This document shows positions 26,273 to 36,500 of a DNA stretch of 64,000 nucleotides, one piece after another. The stretch is from Planctomycetota bacterium (GTDB taxonomy: Bacteria > Planctomycetota > JAJSAM01 > JAJVHW01). Every line of letters begins with the position of its first letter. Position 1 is the first letter of the stretch. Location of the stretch: contig JAJVHW010000002.1 in assembly GCA_022072415.1 (NCBI GenBank), positions 591 to 64,590 on the forward strand, in the 5' to 3' direction. The position numbers and the translations under genes were made by a program. The notes under the pieces were generated by a model. The model did not search any database. It was given only the letters and a program-made list of their open reading frames with translations, and was not told the origin of the DNA.

Positions 26273-27457
26273 TCACGAAACGGCCGGTGGCAACCCGACG
26301 GCGCGGGCGTGGCGCGCGAGCGCCGCCCGCACGGCGTACCGGTCCCCCGCCGCAGGCCGTGCGTTCTCGTAGTGCGACGAGACCGCCCGCACGACGCCCG
26401 CGTCGCGGTCGGCCTTCACGTCCACCCGGCCGATGAGCCGCTCGCCGGAGAGCACCGGCATCGCGAAGTAGCCGAAACGCCGCTTCGCCGCGGGGACGTA
26501 GATCTCGAGGACCACGTCGAAGGCGAAGAGGCGCCGCACGCGGGCTCGATCCCAGAGCAGCGGGTCGAACGGCGTGAGCAGGACGGGCGACGAGCCGTGG
26601 AACGTGCGGCGGTCGAGGCGATCGGAGATGTCGAGATCCGAGGGGCGGATCCACCCCGGAACGCGGTCCCTGCCGTCCGCGAGGGCGCACGCGACGATCT
26701 CGCCCGACTCGACGAGTTCGCGCAAGGCGCGCCGGAACGCGTCGCTCGTCGGGCGCAGGCGCCACGTCGCCGCGATCGTGCGGGCCTCGGCCCATCCGTG
26801 CCCGGCCAGGGCGCGCAGGATCAGCTCCCGGTGCGCGGCATCGACGGACACGGAGCGTGATCGGACCGCGTCGGGAACGACGCGCTCGGCGAGGTCGTAG
26901 CAGCGCTGGAAGCCGCGCCGTTCGCGGATGGCAAGATCGCCCGTCCGCCAGAGCGCCTCGGCCACCCGCTTCGCGGGCTTCCCCCGCCAGAACCCGGTGC
27001 CCGAGTCGCCCTCGAGGTCCGCGGAGCGGAACGGTCCGTCGTCGCGCGCGCGGCGGAGGAGATCGGCGGCGACGTCCTTCGTGCCCGCGAGGAAAGGGCC
27101 CCACCGGGGATGCACGCGATAGCGGTCCCGCCGGAACGCGAAGCACGGCCAGAGGTCGAGCGGCATCCAGCAGGCCTCGTGACCGAGGCCCTCCCAGAGC
27201 GGCGCACCCGGCCGGAGCAGCGACTCGGCGACGTCCGGCGTGATCCCGTCGATCCGTGACTGCAGGATCAGCGAGTGGCTCCTCGCACCCGCGACCGAGA
27301 CCGTGTCGAGCTGGAGGTAGCCGATCCGCGAAAGGACGCGATGTGCCGCTCGGCGCGCCGCGCCCGCGGTCGAGGCCTCCTGCGCCTCGGACCCCGACAG
27401 CCCGGCACGCAGGAGCGCGAGCCTTCGCGCCGCGAAGACGTCGATCGTGTCCCTCAC
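26273..27457 (-). CDS. winged-helix DNA glycosylase YcaQ family (DUF1006)
   Basis: Motifs are IGYLQLDTVSVAGARSHSLIL, LLTPFDPLLWDRARVRRLFAFDVVLEIYVPAAKRRFGYFAMPVL and GRVDVKADR. The GTG start overlaps the GNAT stop (GTGA). Confidence 0.75.
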   Translation of the reverse strand: MRDTIDVFAARRLALLRAGLSGSEAQEASTAGAARRAAHRVLSRIGYLQLDTVSVAGARSHSLILQSRIDGITPDVAESLLRPGAPLWEGLGHEACWMPLDLWPCFAFRRDRYRVHPRWGPFLAGTKDVAADLLRRARDDGPFRSADLEGDSGTGFWRGKPAKRVAEALWRTGDLAIRERRGFQRCYDLAERVVPDAVRSRSVSVDAAHRELILRALAGHGWAEARTIAATWRLRPTSDAFRRALRELVESGEIVACALADGRDRVPGWIRPSDLDISDRLDRRTFHGSSPVLLTPFDPLLWDRARVRRLFAFDVVLEIYVPAAKRRFGYFAMPVLSGERLIGRVDVKADRDAGVVRAVSSHYENARPAAGDRYAVRAALARHARAVGLPPAVS

Positions 27458-27924
27458 CCGCGGACCCACTCGTACATCACGTCCGGCGCCGACTCCGGCG
27501 GCGGGCTCGTCCCGAACGCGATCGCGCGGAACCCGAGGCGCTCGTAGAACCTGCGCGCGCCGGTGTTCTCCTGATGCGTGTGGAGCCGGATGCGTCCGGG
27601 AGACGCAGCGAACGCCACGTCCATGAGCGCCCGCCCGGCGCCGCGGCGCTGCTCCGCCGGATCGACGTAGATGCGGTCCACGTAGAGGTGCCGCCCGCGC
27701 GCGCCGGGTTTCGTCGCAAGGAACCCGACGATCCGTGCGTCGGAGACCGCGACGTGGAGCGTGCATGCCGGAAGGATCAACGACCGGAACGCCGCGCGCG
27801 CTTCGTCGATCGTGCGCGACGATTCGCCCGGCAGGAACGTGTACGTGGCGACGGTCGTGCGGTGCCAGAGCCCGATCACGGGTTCGAGGTCGGCCGGTTC
27901 GAAGAGGCGCACGCGCAGAGCCAC
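27454..27924 (-). CDS. GNAT family N-acetyltransferase
   Basis: The acetyl-CoA motif is VDPAEQRRGAGRALM, with ...NTGARRFYERLGF. A GTG start at 27924 is assumed. Confidence 0.75.
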   Translation of the reverse strand: MALRVRLFEPADLEPVIGLWHRTTVATYTFLPGESSRTIDEARAAFRSLILPACTLHVAVSDARIVGFLATKPGARGRHLYVDRIYVDPAEQRRGAGRALMDVAFAASPGRIRLHTHQENTGARRFYERLGFRAIAFGTSPPPESAPDVMYEWVRG

Positions 27925-27940
27925 GCCGCGATGGTACGTC

Positions 27941-30900
27941 TCACTCCCTCCGGAAGACGAACCACGCGAGCTCCGCCATCGCGTGCGAGTGGTCCCGGCG
28001 CACGTCGTCCTCGAAGTAGACCGCGAACGGCTCGCCGGAGTCGGATGCCATCGCGCCGAGGGAGCGCACGGCAAGCGCCCGGCTGAAGTCGGACTCCGAT
28101 ACGCTCTTCATGATCCGGAGGAGCTCCGGCGCCGCCCCGGGGCCGCCGCACTCGGCCACGACCCGTGCGCACGCGACGGCATCGCTCCGCTCGAGGAAGG
28201 ACCGAGCGGCTGCAATCCGTGCGAGCCAGGGCAACGGATCGACCGGCTCGCCCGCGATGGCTGCGGCGTCGGCGATGTCGCGCAGGGCGACCTGGGGCGC
28301 CCTCGGGTCCGGCGGACCGGGCGCTCGTACGCCCAGCAACGCGGCGACGAGCGCGGAACGGCCGCGCACCTCATCGGGGAGGCCGGAGTCCGCAGACCAC
28401 GACGCGACCCTGGCGCGGTCGGATTCCGTTCCGGCGACGACGGCGAGCGCCGCATCCAGCAGCATCGGGACCCCGCCTCCTGCACGTTCGAACCGCAACC
28501 CGTCCGATGCGTACTCCGACTCCGATCCGCGGACCGCCAGGGCGAGGGCCGTGCATGCGTACTCGGTCAACGTGCTCGGCGCCGAGGACCGGGGAGTCGC
28601 CGCGTAGATCGCCTGGATGCACGTCATCGCCGTGTCCCCGGAGCAAGACGGCGACCCCGCGATCCGCCCGAGCGCGAGCATGGCCTCGGCGCGGATCGAG
28701 ACGTCCTGAACGTGCGCCACCCGGTTCCCGAGATGCGCCACGATGTCCGCGCGCGCCTTCGGTCCGCACGACTCGAAGACCCGCGGGAGCGCCGCGCAGA
28801 TCGCGCGCGCCGGGCCGGGCTCGTCGCCGACGTGCCCGCAGAGAGCGCGCGCCACGTCGTCGGAGGACGGCGCCCCGGCCCCCGACTGACCGGCGCTGCA
28901 GAGGAAGCTCGCCGCGCGCGCGGCACGCGCGGCGGACGACGGCCCTCCCTCGTCCCCGAGAAACGCGAGAATCTCCGGCAGCGCGTCGCGGTCCCCCAGC
29001 GCGGCGAGCGCACCGAGGAGCGGCGCGACGGAGTGCTCGTCCGCCTTCCGCAGCGCCACGACAAGGGCGACCCGGACCCGCGTCCGCTCCGTGCCCTCGA
29101 GATCGCGCGCGACCACGCCGAGCGTGAACGCGGCCGCGCCGCGGAGTGTCGGCTCGTCGAGCGCCGCGAGCAGGCGGGAACGGATCTCCGGAGTCGTGTC
29201 CTTCATCCACGCCGGCGCGAGCACGGCCGCCGTCCGCAGCCTTCGGCCCGCCATCGGCATGCCGTCGAGCACGGCCAGCACGAGCGCGCGCATCGACTCG
29301 GACGATCCGTCGATCCGCGCAAGCGCCTGCATGGCGGCCGCGCATGTCGCGTCGTCGGAGTCACGCGGATGGAGGACGATGTTCCGCAGCGCGGGGACCA
29401 CGTCGCGTTCGACGACCGCGCGGTCGATCCGAGGCCCTCGCGACGGCATGGAACGGAGGACGCGCAGCTCGCGCTCGTGCTCCCACCACCAGGACCAGTC
29501 CTCGTAGCCCGAACGCGATCGCTGCTTTTGCTCCCGCTGCCGGCGACCCGCGCTTCCCGGCGGAGTCCCGCCACCTCCGCCCTCCGGCGGCGCAGGTGGA
29601 TCGCTCGGCTCACGGGTGTCCGGGGGCACGCGGGACGGATCCGGTCGGGCGCCGCCGAGGGTCGCAGGTGCCGAGCGAGAGGCCGCGTCGCGGGACGACC
29701 CGCCGCGCTTCGATCCGGAGCCGCCGGTCGTCGGCCCCGCGCCGCCACCTCCGCCTGGCGGCGGCGGTCCGCCGCCTCCGCCACCCCCCGTCGTCGGCCC
29801 CGGCGGGGGCAGTTCCGGAAGACGGACCGACTCCCGCGCATCGGGAATGCGGATCCCGTCCTCGACGACGAGGAACGACGTGTAGGGGCTCACGATCTGG
29901 TGCTCGACGCCGAGCCGCACGATCTCGTCGCGGAGTTCCGCTCGCATCCCGTACACGCGGATGTCCTCCACGAGGCGGTCGATCCTCATCCGCGCCCAGA
30001 TCTGGGCCACGTGCGGACGGTCGGCGGACGTCGGAAGCTCGACGGTGATCGGGACCTCGATGCGCTCCCGTCCCGACAGACCGCGAAGGACGATCTCCGC
30101 CTTGCCGCCCGTCTCGTAGCGCCCCGCGAACACGAGTGCGCCGCCGCGGAAGAGGTCCGGGATCGGACGCGGCTCGACGGAACGCACGGCGACGCCCCGC
30201 ACCTCGATCTCCGGATCGACGAGCAGCGGCGTGCGCAGACGCTCCGTGAGCGTTTCGAGCGAGAGCGCGAGATTCTCGTCGCGGTCCACGTACTCGCACG
30301 CGCCACGGCCCGCCCCGGCAAGGCGCGAGAGGAGGAAGTCGCGGACGTCCCGCCCGATCCCCAGCGCGAAGAACCGCACGTGCGGCTGCGACGCGCCGCT
30401 CCACGCGGCGACGATCCGGTCCGGGCTCGTCTCTCCGACCGTCGGGTCGCCGTCGGTCAGGCAGACGACCATCGCGAGCCGACCCGGAACCGCGGGCCCG
30501 AGCAGCCGCCTCGCTTCGGACAACGCGTCGGCGAGGTTCGTGCCGCCCGTGGCTTCGAGCGTCGCCGCGATCCCGCGGGCGCGGGTCACCTCGTCCGGCG
30601 TCGCAGGCACGAGCAGAGGGCCGGTTCGCAGCGCCGCCGCGGTCGAGAACGTGACGAGCCCGAACCGGTCCACGTCGCGGAGCGAACCGAGCACGCTCGA
30701 GAGCGCGCTCCGCGCCTGCTCGATCTTCACCCCCGACATCGACCCCGACGTGTCGGCGACGAGGACGATGTCGCGCGGCAGCTCGGCCGCCGCCGCCCTG
30801 CGCGGAACGGCGCGGATCAGGAACGCGCCGTCGGACGCGAGGGGCTTGTGCGCGAGGACGGAAACGCTCCACCCGTCCGCGGCCGGGGTCCACGTGACAC

Positions 30901-31594
30901 GGAACGGGCCGGCGACGCGGGTCCGCTCCGCCGACCACCGGACCCGTCCCGAGCGCCGGTCTCCGGTGACCTGCGGCTCCGCACGGGCTCCCGCGGGCGC
31001 CGTGGCGCCGAGCGCGGAGATTCCGGATGCGGACCGCACGCGCACGTCCACTTCCAGGGCGGCGACCTCCGCCGCGTTCGTCGGCAGCGGCAGCGCCAGT
31101 TCGTGGACGCCGAGATCGTCGGGGACGAGGTATGCGTAGCGGAGCCGCACGCGGACGCTGTCCCGCGCGGGGATCGGGAACACGCTGACCTTGAACGTCC
31201 GGAAGCCCACCTCCTCGAGGAGCGCCGGGTCGGCCTGCGCGCGGACGATCTCGTCGTAGATCCGCCGCGCGTGATCGGACTCGAGCACCTCGCCGTGCTT
31301 CTCGCGGCCGTTCATCCACATGGAGAGGCTGCGGACGACGGCGCCCTCGGGAAGCCGGATCGTCCACACGCCCTCGAGGACGCGGTTCGTCGGATTGCGG
31401 AATCTCTGGTCCACCTCGACGGACGCGACGCCCTCTTCGACGTCGGCCCGCACGGCCAGCGACTCGACGCGCGCCGCGCTTCCGTCGGAGATCTCGAGGC
31501 TCTGCGCGCTCGCACCGCGCGCCGTGACCAGCGCCCACGCGGCGGCGAGGACCGCCCACGTCACGACCCGCCACGATCCGATTCGTCCCGGCAT
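27941..31594 (-). CDS. secreted VIT domain - von Willebrand A domain protein fused to a long HEAT/ARM-like C-terminal region
   Basis: Signal is WAVLAAAWALVTARGASA. The VIT block is VDQRFRNPTNRVLEGVWTIRLPEGAVV...YDEIVRAQADPALLE. The VWA MIDAS motif is DTSGSMSG with ...LTDGDPT. A Gly/Pro linker (PPPGPTTGGGGGGGPPPPGGGGG) follows, then about 500 aa of Ala/Leu-rich helical repeats. Confidence 0.8.
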   Translation of the reverse strand: MPGRIGSWRVVTWAVLAAAWALVTARGASAQSLEISDGSAARVESLAVRADVEEGVASVEVDQRFRNPTNRVLEGVWTIRLPEGAVVRSLSMWMNGREKHGEVLESDHARRIYDEIVRAQADPALLEEVGFRTFKVSVFPIPARDSVRVRLRYAYLVPDDLGVHELALPLPTNAAEVAALEVDVRVRSASGISALGATAPAGARAEPQVTGDRRSGRVRWSAERTRVAGPFRVTWTPAADGWSVSVLAHKPLASDGAFLIRAVPRRAAAAELPRDIVLVADTSGSMSGVKIEQARSALSSVLGSLRDVDRFGLVTFSTAAALRTGPLLVPATPDEVTRARGIAATLEATGGTNLADALSEARRLLGPAVPGRLAMVVCLTDGDPTVGETSPDRIVAAWSGASQPHVRFFALGIGRDVRDFLLSRLAGAGRGACEYVDRDENLALSLETLTERLRTPLLVDPEIEVRGVAVRSVEPRPIPDLFRGGALVFAGRYETGGKAEIVLRGLSGRERIEVPITVELPTSADRPHVAQIWARMRIDRLVEDIRVYGMRAELRDEIVRLGVEHQIVSPYTSFLVVEDGIRIPDARESVRLPELPPPGPTTGGGGGGGPPPPGGGGGAGPTTGGSGSKRGGSSRDAASRSAPATLGGARPDPSRVPPDTREPSDPPAPPEGGGGGTPPGSAGRRQREQKQRSRSGYEDWSWWWEHERELRVLRSMPSRGPRIDRAVVERDVVPALRNIVLHPRDSDDATCAAAMQALARIDGSSESMRALVLAVLDGMPMAGRRLRTAAVLAPAWMKDTTPEIRSRLLAALDEPTLRGAAAFTLGVVARDLEGTERTRVRVALVVALRKADEHSVAPLLGALAALGDRDALPEILAFLGDEGGPSSAARAARAASFLCSAGQSGAGAPSSDDVARALCGHVGDEPGPARAICAALPRVFESCGPKARADIVAHLGNRVAHVQDVSIRAEAMLALGRIAGSPSCSGDTAMTCIQAIYAATPRSSAPSTLTEYACTALALAVRGSESEYASDGLRFERAGGGVPMLLDAALAVVAGTESDRARVASWSADSGLPDEVRGRSALVAALLGVRAPGPPDPRAPQVALRDIADAAAIAGEPVDPLPWLARIAAARSFLERSDAVACARVVAECGGPGAAPELLRIMKSVSESDFSRALAVRSLGAMASDSGEPFAVYFEDDVRRDHSHAMAELAWFVFRRE

Positions 31595-31681
31595 GTCCGC
31601 CTCCGCCGGTTCGCGCGTGCATCGCTGCGCAACCGACATGCCGGAGCAGGCCGAGCCCGCGCGGGGCACCGGGAGGGAACG

Positions 31682-32188
31682 TCAGAGTCCGTCGAGGAAC
31701 GCGTCGGCCTCCGCGCGGGAGCGGAGGGTGACCACGCGGCCGCCGCGGGACTCGAACGTCTCCAGCGCCGCGAGGAGCCCGGGGCGCACGTCGCGGCGGA
31801 AGCGCACGATCCAGCGGAGGAAGTCCAGGTCCCACTTCTCGGGGCAGCCCGGAGCCATGTCCTCCCGCACCTCGCCTCGCCGCCGGATCACTCGTCCGAT
31901 CGCGCCGCGCAGGCAGGTCCACGTCGCCATGTCGAGGTGGATCACGGTGTCGGCGCGCGCGAGGCGGGTGCCGATCGTCCGGGCGAAGTTCCCGTCCGAG
32001 ACCCATGCGTCCCCGGCGAAGAGGTGCGACTGCTTCGCGTCCCACTCGGCGTCGGAACTCTCGACCCATCCGGGCTTCCAGAACTCGCGGTCGAGGTGGA
32101 TCACCGGGAGCCCGAGCGTCGCTCCGAGCGCACGGGAGAGCCGCGACTTCCCCGCCCCGCCGCAGCCGACGACGGCGATGCGGCGCAT
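31682..32188 (-). CDS. small P-loop kinase/ATPase (adenylate-kinase-like, topology-modulation type)
   Basis: Starts MRRIAVVGCGGAGKSRLSRAL (Walker A), with HLD downstream. Confidence 0.6.
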   Translation of the reverse strand: MRRIAVVGCGGAGKSRLSRALGATLGLPVIHLDREFWKPGWVESSDAEWDAKQSHLFAGDAWVSDGNFARTIGTRLARADTVIHLDMATWTCLRGAIGRVIRRRGEVREDMAPGCPEKWDLDFLRWIVRFRRDVRPGLLAALETFESRGGRVVTLRSRAEADAFLDGL

Positions 32189-32196
32189 GGCATGCG

Positions 32197-33495
32197 TCAC
32201 TTGATGCCGTACATCGTGCGGAGGCTCGCGGCCTCCCGCTCTCCGACGGCGCCGCGGGCGATCAGGTCCTCGACCCAGGCGGTGTCCGGCCGCATGGCCC
32301 CCTGCAGCGACCAGAGCACCTGGGCGGCGGCGGTCCGGCCGCGCTCGCCGAGCTGGAACGCCCGGTCCATGAACGGCCGGATGTCGGACCACGACGCGCG
32401 TCCGAGCCGCCGCTGCATGTCCGCGACCATGTGCCCGTTCAGGACGCCCGCGTCGAGGGCGTCGAGCGCCGCCTGCTCCAGTCGCGACGCGTCGAGGGCG
32501 TCCAGCGGCGGCGTCCCGATGAGGCGCGCCGCCCGGTAGTCTCCCTTCCGGATCATCCCTGCGACGATCGCGGTGAGGTCCACCGTGGCGAGGACCTCCG
32601 GCGGGACGAGCCGCGCCGCGCGCTGGAGCGTCGCGGAATCGATCGCGCCCGATCGGAGGAGCTCCGCCGCGGACTCCGGCGTGAGCGGCTCGGCCCAGAA
32701 CCGTTCCAGCAGGCGCTGGACGTCGCTGCGCACGCCCCGCACGGCCTTCGACTGGCTCGACTCCGGAGTCTCGATCAGCTTCTTCGCGTAGCCGCGGAGG
32801 CGCTGCATCTGCTCCTCGGAGGCCGCACCGGGGACGATCACGCCGATCCCCTCCGTGAACATCTCGAGGAAGTCGTCCTTCGGCATCTCCGCGAACATGG
32901 GCGAGTTCTCCGCCATCTTCGCGAAGACGTGCTCGGTGAGGCCGAGCATCTCCTTCTCGTGGTGGACCATCGTGCGGAGCCACGGATAGAGCTCCTTCGC
33001 GAGCATGCTCTCGTCGTTCCCGACGATCTGCTCGATCCGCTGCTGCTCCTTCGACACCGCCACGAGTGCGGTCAGGATGGCGTCGTACCCCGCCGGACCG
33101 CGTTCGAGCTGCGCCTCGGCCCACGCGCGGAACGCCTTCGAGAGCGACTCGCCGTCGGCGAATCCCTCCAGCGTGAACGTCGCGAGCGAGGCTGCGTCCG
33201 TGGCCGGGGACCGGGCCTCGACCGACTCCGCCACGGGCTTCCCGCCGGCGCCGTCCGGGCGGACGTTCTCGCCCTCCGAAACGTCGTCGCGCTTCGCCCG
33301 CTCGCTCTCGGCGCGGGGCCGCTTCGCGTCGGCGAGCCTCCGGTTGAGGTCCGCGACCTGCCGTTCGAGTTCCGCTTCCCGCGCAGCGGCGGCCGGCGAC
33401 GGGGTCTCCGCGGACGGATCGTTCGTCGCGCGTCCCACGACGACGCCGAGCACTGCACCCGCAGCGAGTCCGGCCACCGCAGCCCATGCCCTCAT
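32197..33495 (-). CDS. membrane-anchored hypothetical protein with coiled-coil segment
   Basis: ATG 33495 follows GGAGG. An N-terminal TM helix WAAVAGLAAGAVLGVVVG is present. Composition is balanced and no family was recognised. Confidence 0.55.
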   Translation of the reverse strand: MRAWAAVAGLAAGAVLGVVVGRATNDPSAETPSPAAAAREAELERQVADLNRRLADAKRPRAESERAKRDDVSEGENVRPDGAGGKPVAESVEARSPATDAASLATFTLEGFADGESLSKAFRAWAEAQLERGPAGYDAILTALVAVSKEQQRIEQIVGNDESMLAKELYPWLRTMVHHEKEMLGLTEHVFAKMAENSPMFAEMPKDDFLEMFTEGIGVIVPGAASEEQMQRLRGYAKKLIETPESSQSKAVRGVRSDVQRLLERFWAEPLTPESAAELLRSGAIDSATLQRAARLVPPEVLATVDLTAIVAGMIRKGDYRAARLIGTPPLDALDASRLEQAALDALDAGVLNGHMVADMQRRLGRASWSDIRPFMDRAFQLGERGRTAAAQVLWSLQGAMRPDTAWVEDLIARGAVGEREAASLRTMYGIK

Positions 33496-33593
33496 CGTGG
33501 TACCTCCGCTGCACAGGAAATTCGCGTTGGGGAGCCGCACGGCCTCCGGCGAAGATCGTAACGAACTCGCCCCGCCCTGCACCGGAGGATCAT

Positions 33594-36500
33594 TTGAGCC
33601 CGAACCGAATTCGCCGCACCGTCTTCCTGCTCGCCCTGTGCACGGGACTCGTCTCCGCCGCCGCCGACGACCCGCTGACCTCGTTCCTCGCGCCCGCGGG
33701 GACGACCGGAACGGCCGACCCTGTCGCACTCGCGGCCGCGGACTTCGACTCGGACGGCGACACGGACCTGCTCTTCGCCGACGGGACGGTCGGCCTCGTG
33801 AAGATCCGGCGGAACGAGGGCGACGGCGTCACGTACGCGACGACCGGATTCACCGTGACCGGAGCGACGGTCCTCGACGCGGCCGTGGGCGACCTCGACG
33901 GCGACACGGACCCGGACGTGGCGCTCGCGACGAGCGCGGGGACGCTGATCGCGCTGAACCAGGGGCTGAGCGGCGCCTCGATCAACTTCACCCAGGGCAC
34001 GCCCACGCTTCCCGCGGCGAACGCCTTCCCGACCCGGATCGCGCTCGCCGACTACGACGGCGACGGCGACCTCGACGTGATCACCGTCGGCGCGTACGAC
34101 GACATGGTCTTCCCGGCCGGGGGCTACGTCGGAGTGCAGCTCAACGCCTCCGGCGCGGTGGGCGCGGGCACCATCGAGCCGCGGGTGTCCCAGCCGGACG
34201 GCGTCGCGGCGGGCGACCTGAACGGAGACGGGCGGGCCGAGATCGTCTACGTGGACGACCTCGGCACGGCCGGGTCCAGCCAGCAGTGGCTCGTACGCAA
34301 CCCCGGCACGGGCTCGATCGACCTCACGAACGGCCAGCAGGACCCGCTGACGGCCGCGGTCAACGGACGGGACTGCGTGATCGCGGACATCACCGGCGAC
34401 GCGCGTCCCGACCTGGTCGTCGGCGGCTGGGGCGACTACTCCATGGGACAGAACATCGGGGCGTTCACCCTGCTCCGCAACGTGGACGACGGCGGCGGCG
34501 CGTTCCACCTGACGTACGAGATCCAGATCATCCACACGTTCCCGGCGGGCACGTTCGCCGGGCCGCTCGACTACCCGGTCGCGGTCGCCGACATGAACGG
34601 CGCGGGCGGACCGGAGATCGTGACGATCTCCCCGCTCGAGGACGTCGTGAAGGTGTTCCACTTCACCGTCGCGAGCGACGCCGGCGGCTTCATCGGCATC
34701 ACTCCGGGACAGATCGTCGCGTTCGCCGCGGGCGATGCGCCGGAGTTCCTCGCGGTGGCGCAGCTCAACGCCGGCGCCGACTCGAAGCCCGACGTGGCCG
34801 TGGCGATCCCGGGGCAGCCCGCGGGCATCCTCCTCAACTCGACGTCCGGCGGCGGCGGAGGCGAGCCCCTCCGCGGCGCGCTCAGCCTGGCCGCGAAGGC
34901 GAAGGCCGTGAAGGGCGACTACTCGTCCACCGGGAAGTGGAAGTTCACGTGCGTGCAGCCGGAGAACGGGGATGGGCTCGCCGTCCGCGTCCAGTCCACC
35001 ACGACACCGGGCGTCGAAGGGAGCTGGACCGACCTGCCCGGCGCTCCGCCCATGACGCGCGGGAAGAACGGGAAGTACTCGCTCACCACGTTCCAGGTCC
35101 CCGTCGGACTTCAGTACTTCCGCACCGTGACGTCGATGCCCGGACGTCCGGACGGCATCAATCTGACGCCCGACGGACTCGACCGGTACATCGGGCCCTT
35201 CAACGTGGTGTCCGGCGCGCCGTCGCTGCTCCTCACGGCGGAGATCATCCCGTTCGGGGACCCGGTGAACCGCACGAAGACGTTCCCCGGCGACCTCATC
35301 GCCTTCAACTTCACCGTGCGGAACACGAGCGACTTCTCGCTCGCGCGCGAGGTCGAGGTCCTCGCGCGCCTCCCCAGGCAGACGACGCTCGTGGGCGTGA
35401 TCCCCGAGAACATCGCCACGCTGATCAACAACGGCACGAAAGTGCGCTGGACGGTCGGCGACCTCGGTCCGGGCGAGGAGCAGGATCTCGGCTTCGGCGT
35501 GATCGTGGACCCGGATGCGAGCGGTGCGATCCGGTTCGACAACATGTCCGCGAGCGGCGCGAACACCGTCAACAACCAGCGCGACCCGCCGGGCGCCGTG
35601 GAACTGGAGCTCGGCAGTCCGCTGGCCATGACGCTCGCCGCGCGCACGACGTCGCCGCGGGTCGGCGGAGCCCTGTCGTACGACCTGACCGCCACGAACG
35701 TCGGCTCGAGCACGTACACGAACGCGGTCGTCGTCGACAGCCTCCCGAAGGGCACCGCGTTCGACCTCGCGTACTTCTCGGACGAGAACGGGGATCCCGT
35801 CGCGAGCCCCGTGGCCGGGCCGGGCGGAAGGCTGAACCCGCACGTGGACCGCGCGGCGCGGAAGGTCTACTGGTACCTCGGCGACCTCGACGGCGGCGAG
35901 GTCGTCCGCATGCGGCTCGACGTGAACGTGCAGTACGACGTGATGCCCGGCTCCGAGCTCAACAACTTCGCGTGGCAGCTCCGCGCCGTGCCGCCGGGTG
36001 CGACCGGCGATCCCCTGAACTTCGACCGGCTCCCCGCCGATTCGGGATCGCCGTCGGACGTGGTCACGGTCACCTCCGACCTCGCGCCGCCGTCCGAGCC
36101 GGTCCTCCGGCTCAGCCAGTTCGCCGTCGTGCCCAACCGTCCGGGCAGCCGGTTCGACCGCGCCTACGGTGCGGTGACGACCGTCGTCGCCGGCGGACGC
36201 GTCACGCACACGTTCATCGTGCAGAACACGGGAGGCGCGGACGCGGAGGAGGTGATCCTCTCCGGGAACCTCGCGTCCCAGACGACGTACTCGGCGGACG
36301 ACGGCGTGCGGGTGACGAACCTCTCCACCTTCGACGTCGGCATGGCGCAGGTCGAGGTGACGTCCGGCGGAACCCTCACGGCGCGGCTGGGTCCGGTCCC
36401 CGCGGGCTCCGCGTACGCCGTCCAGTACGTCGCGAACGTGAGCCCGTCGGCGAAGGCGGGGACGACCCTGGCGTTCTCGGGATTCAACCTGAAGACCGAC

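Noticed and set aside
27761-32539. 1592-aa ORF on the + strand, the longest in its region.
   Set aside because: It runs antisense to the VIT-VWA gene. Its translation is R/P/A/G/E-rich with almost no K/N/F/Y/I. This is the typical shadow frame of very GC-rich DNA, whereas the minus frame has clear VIT, MIDAS and signal motifs.
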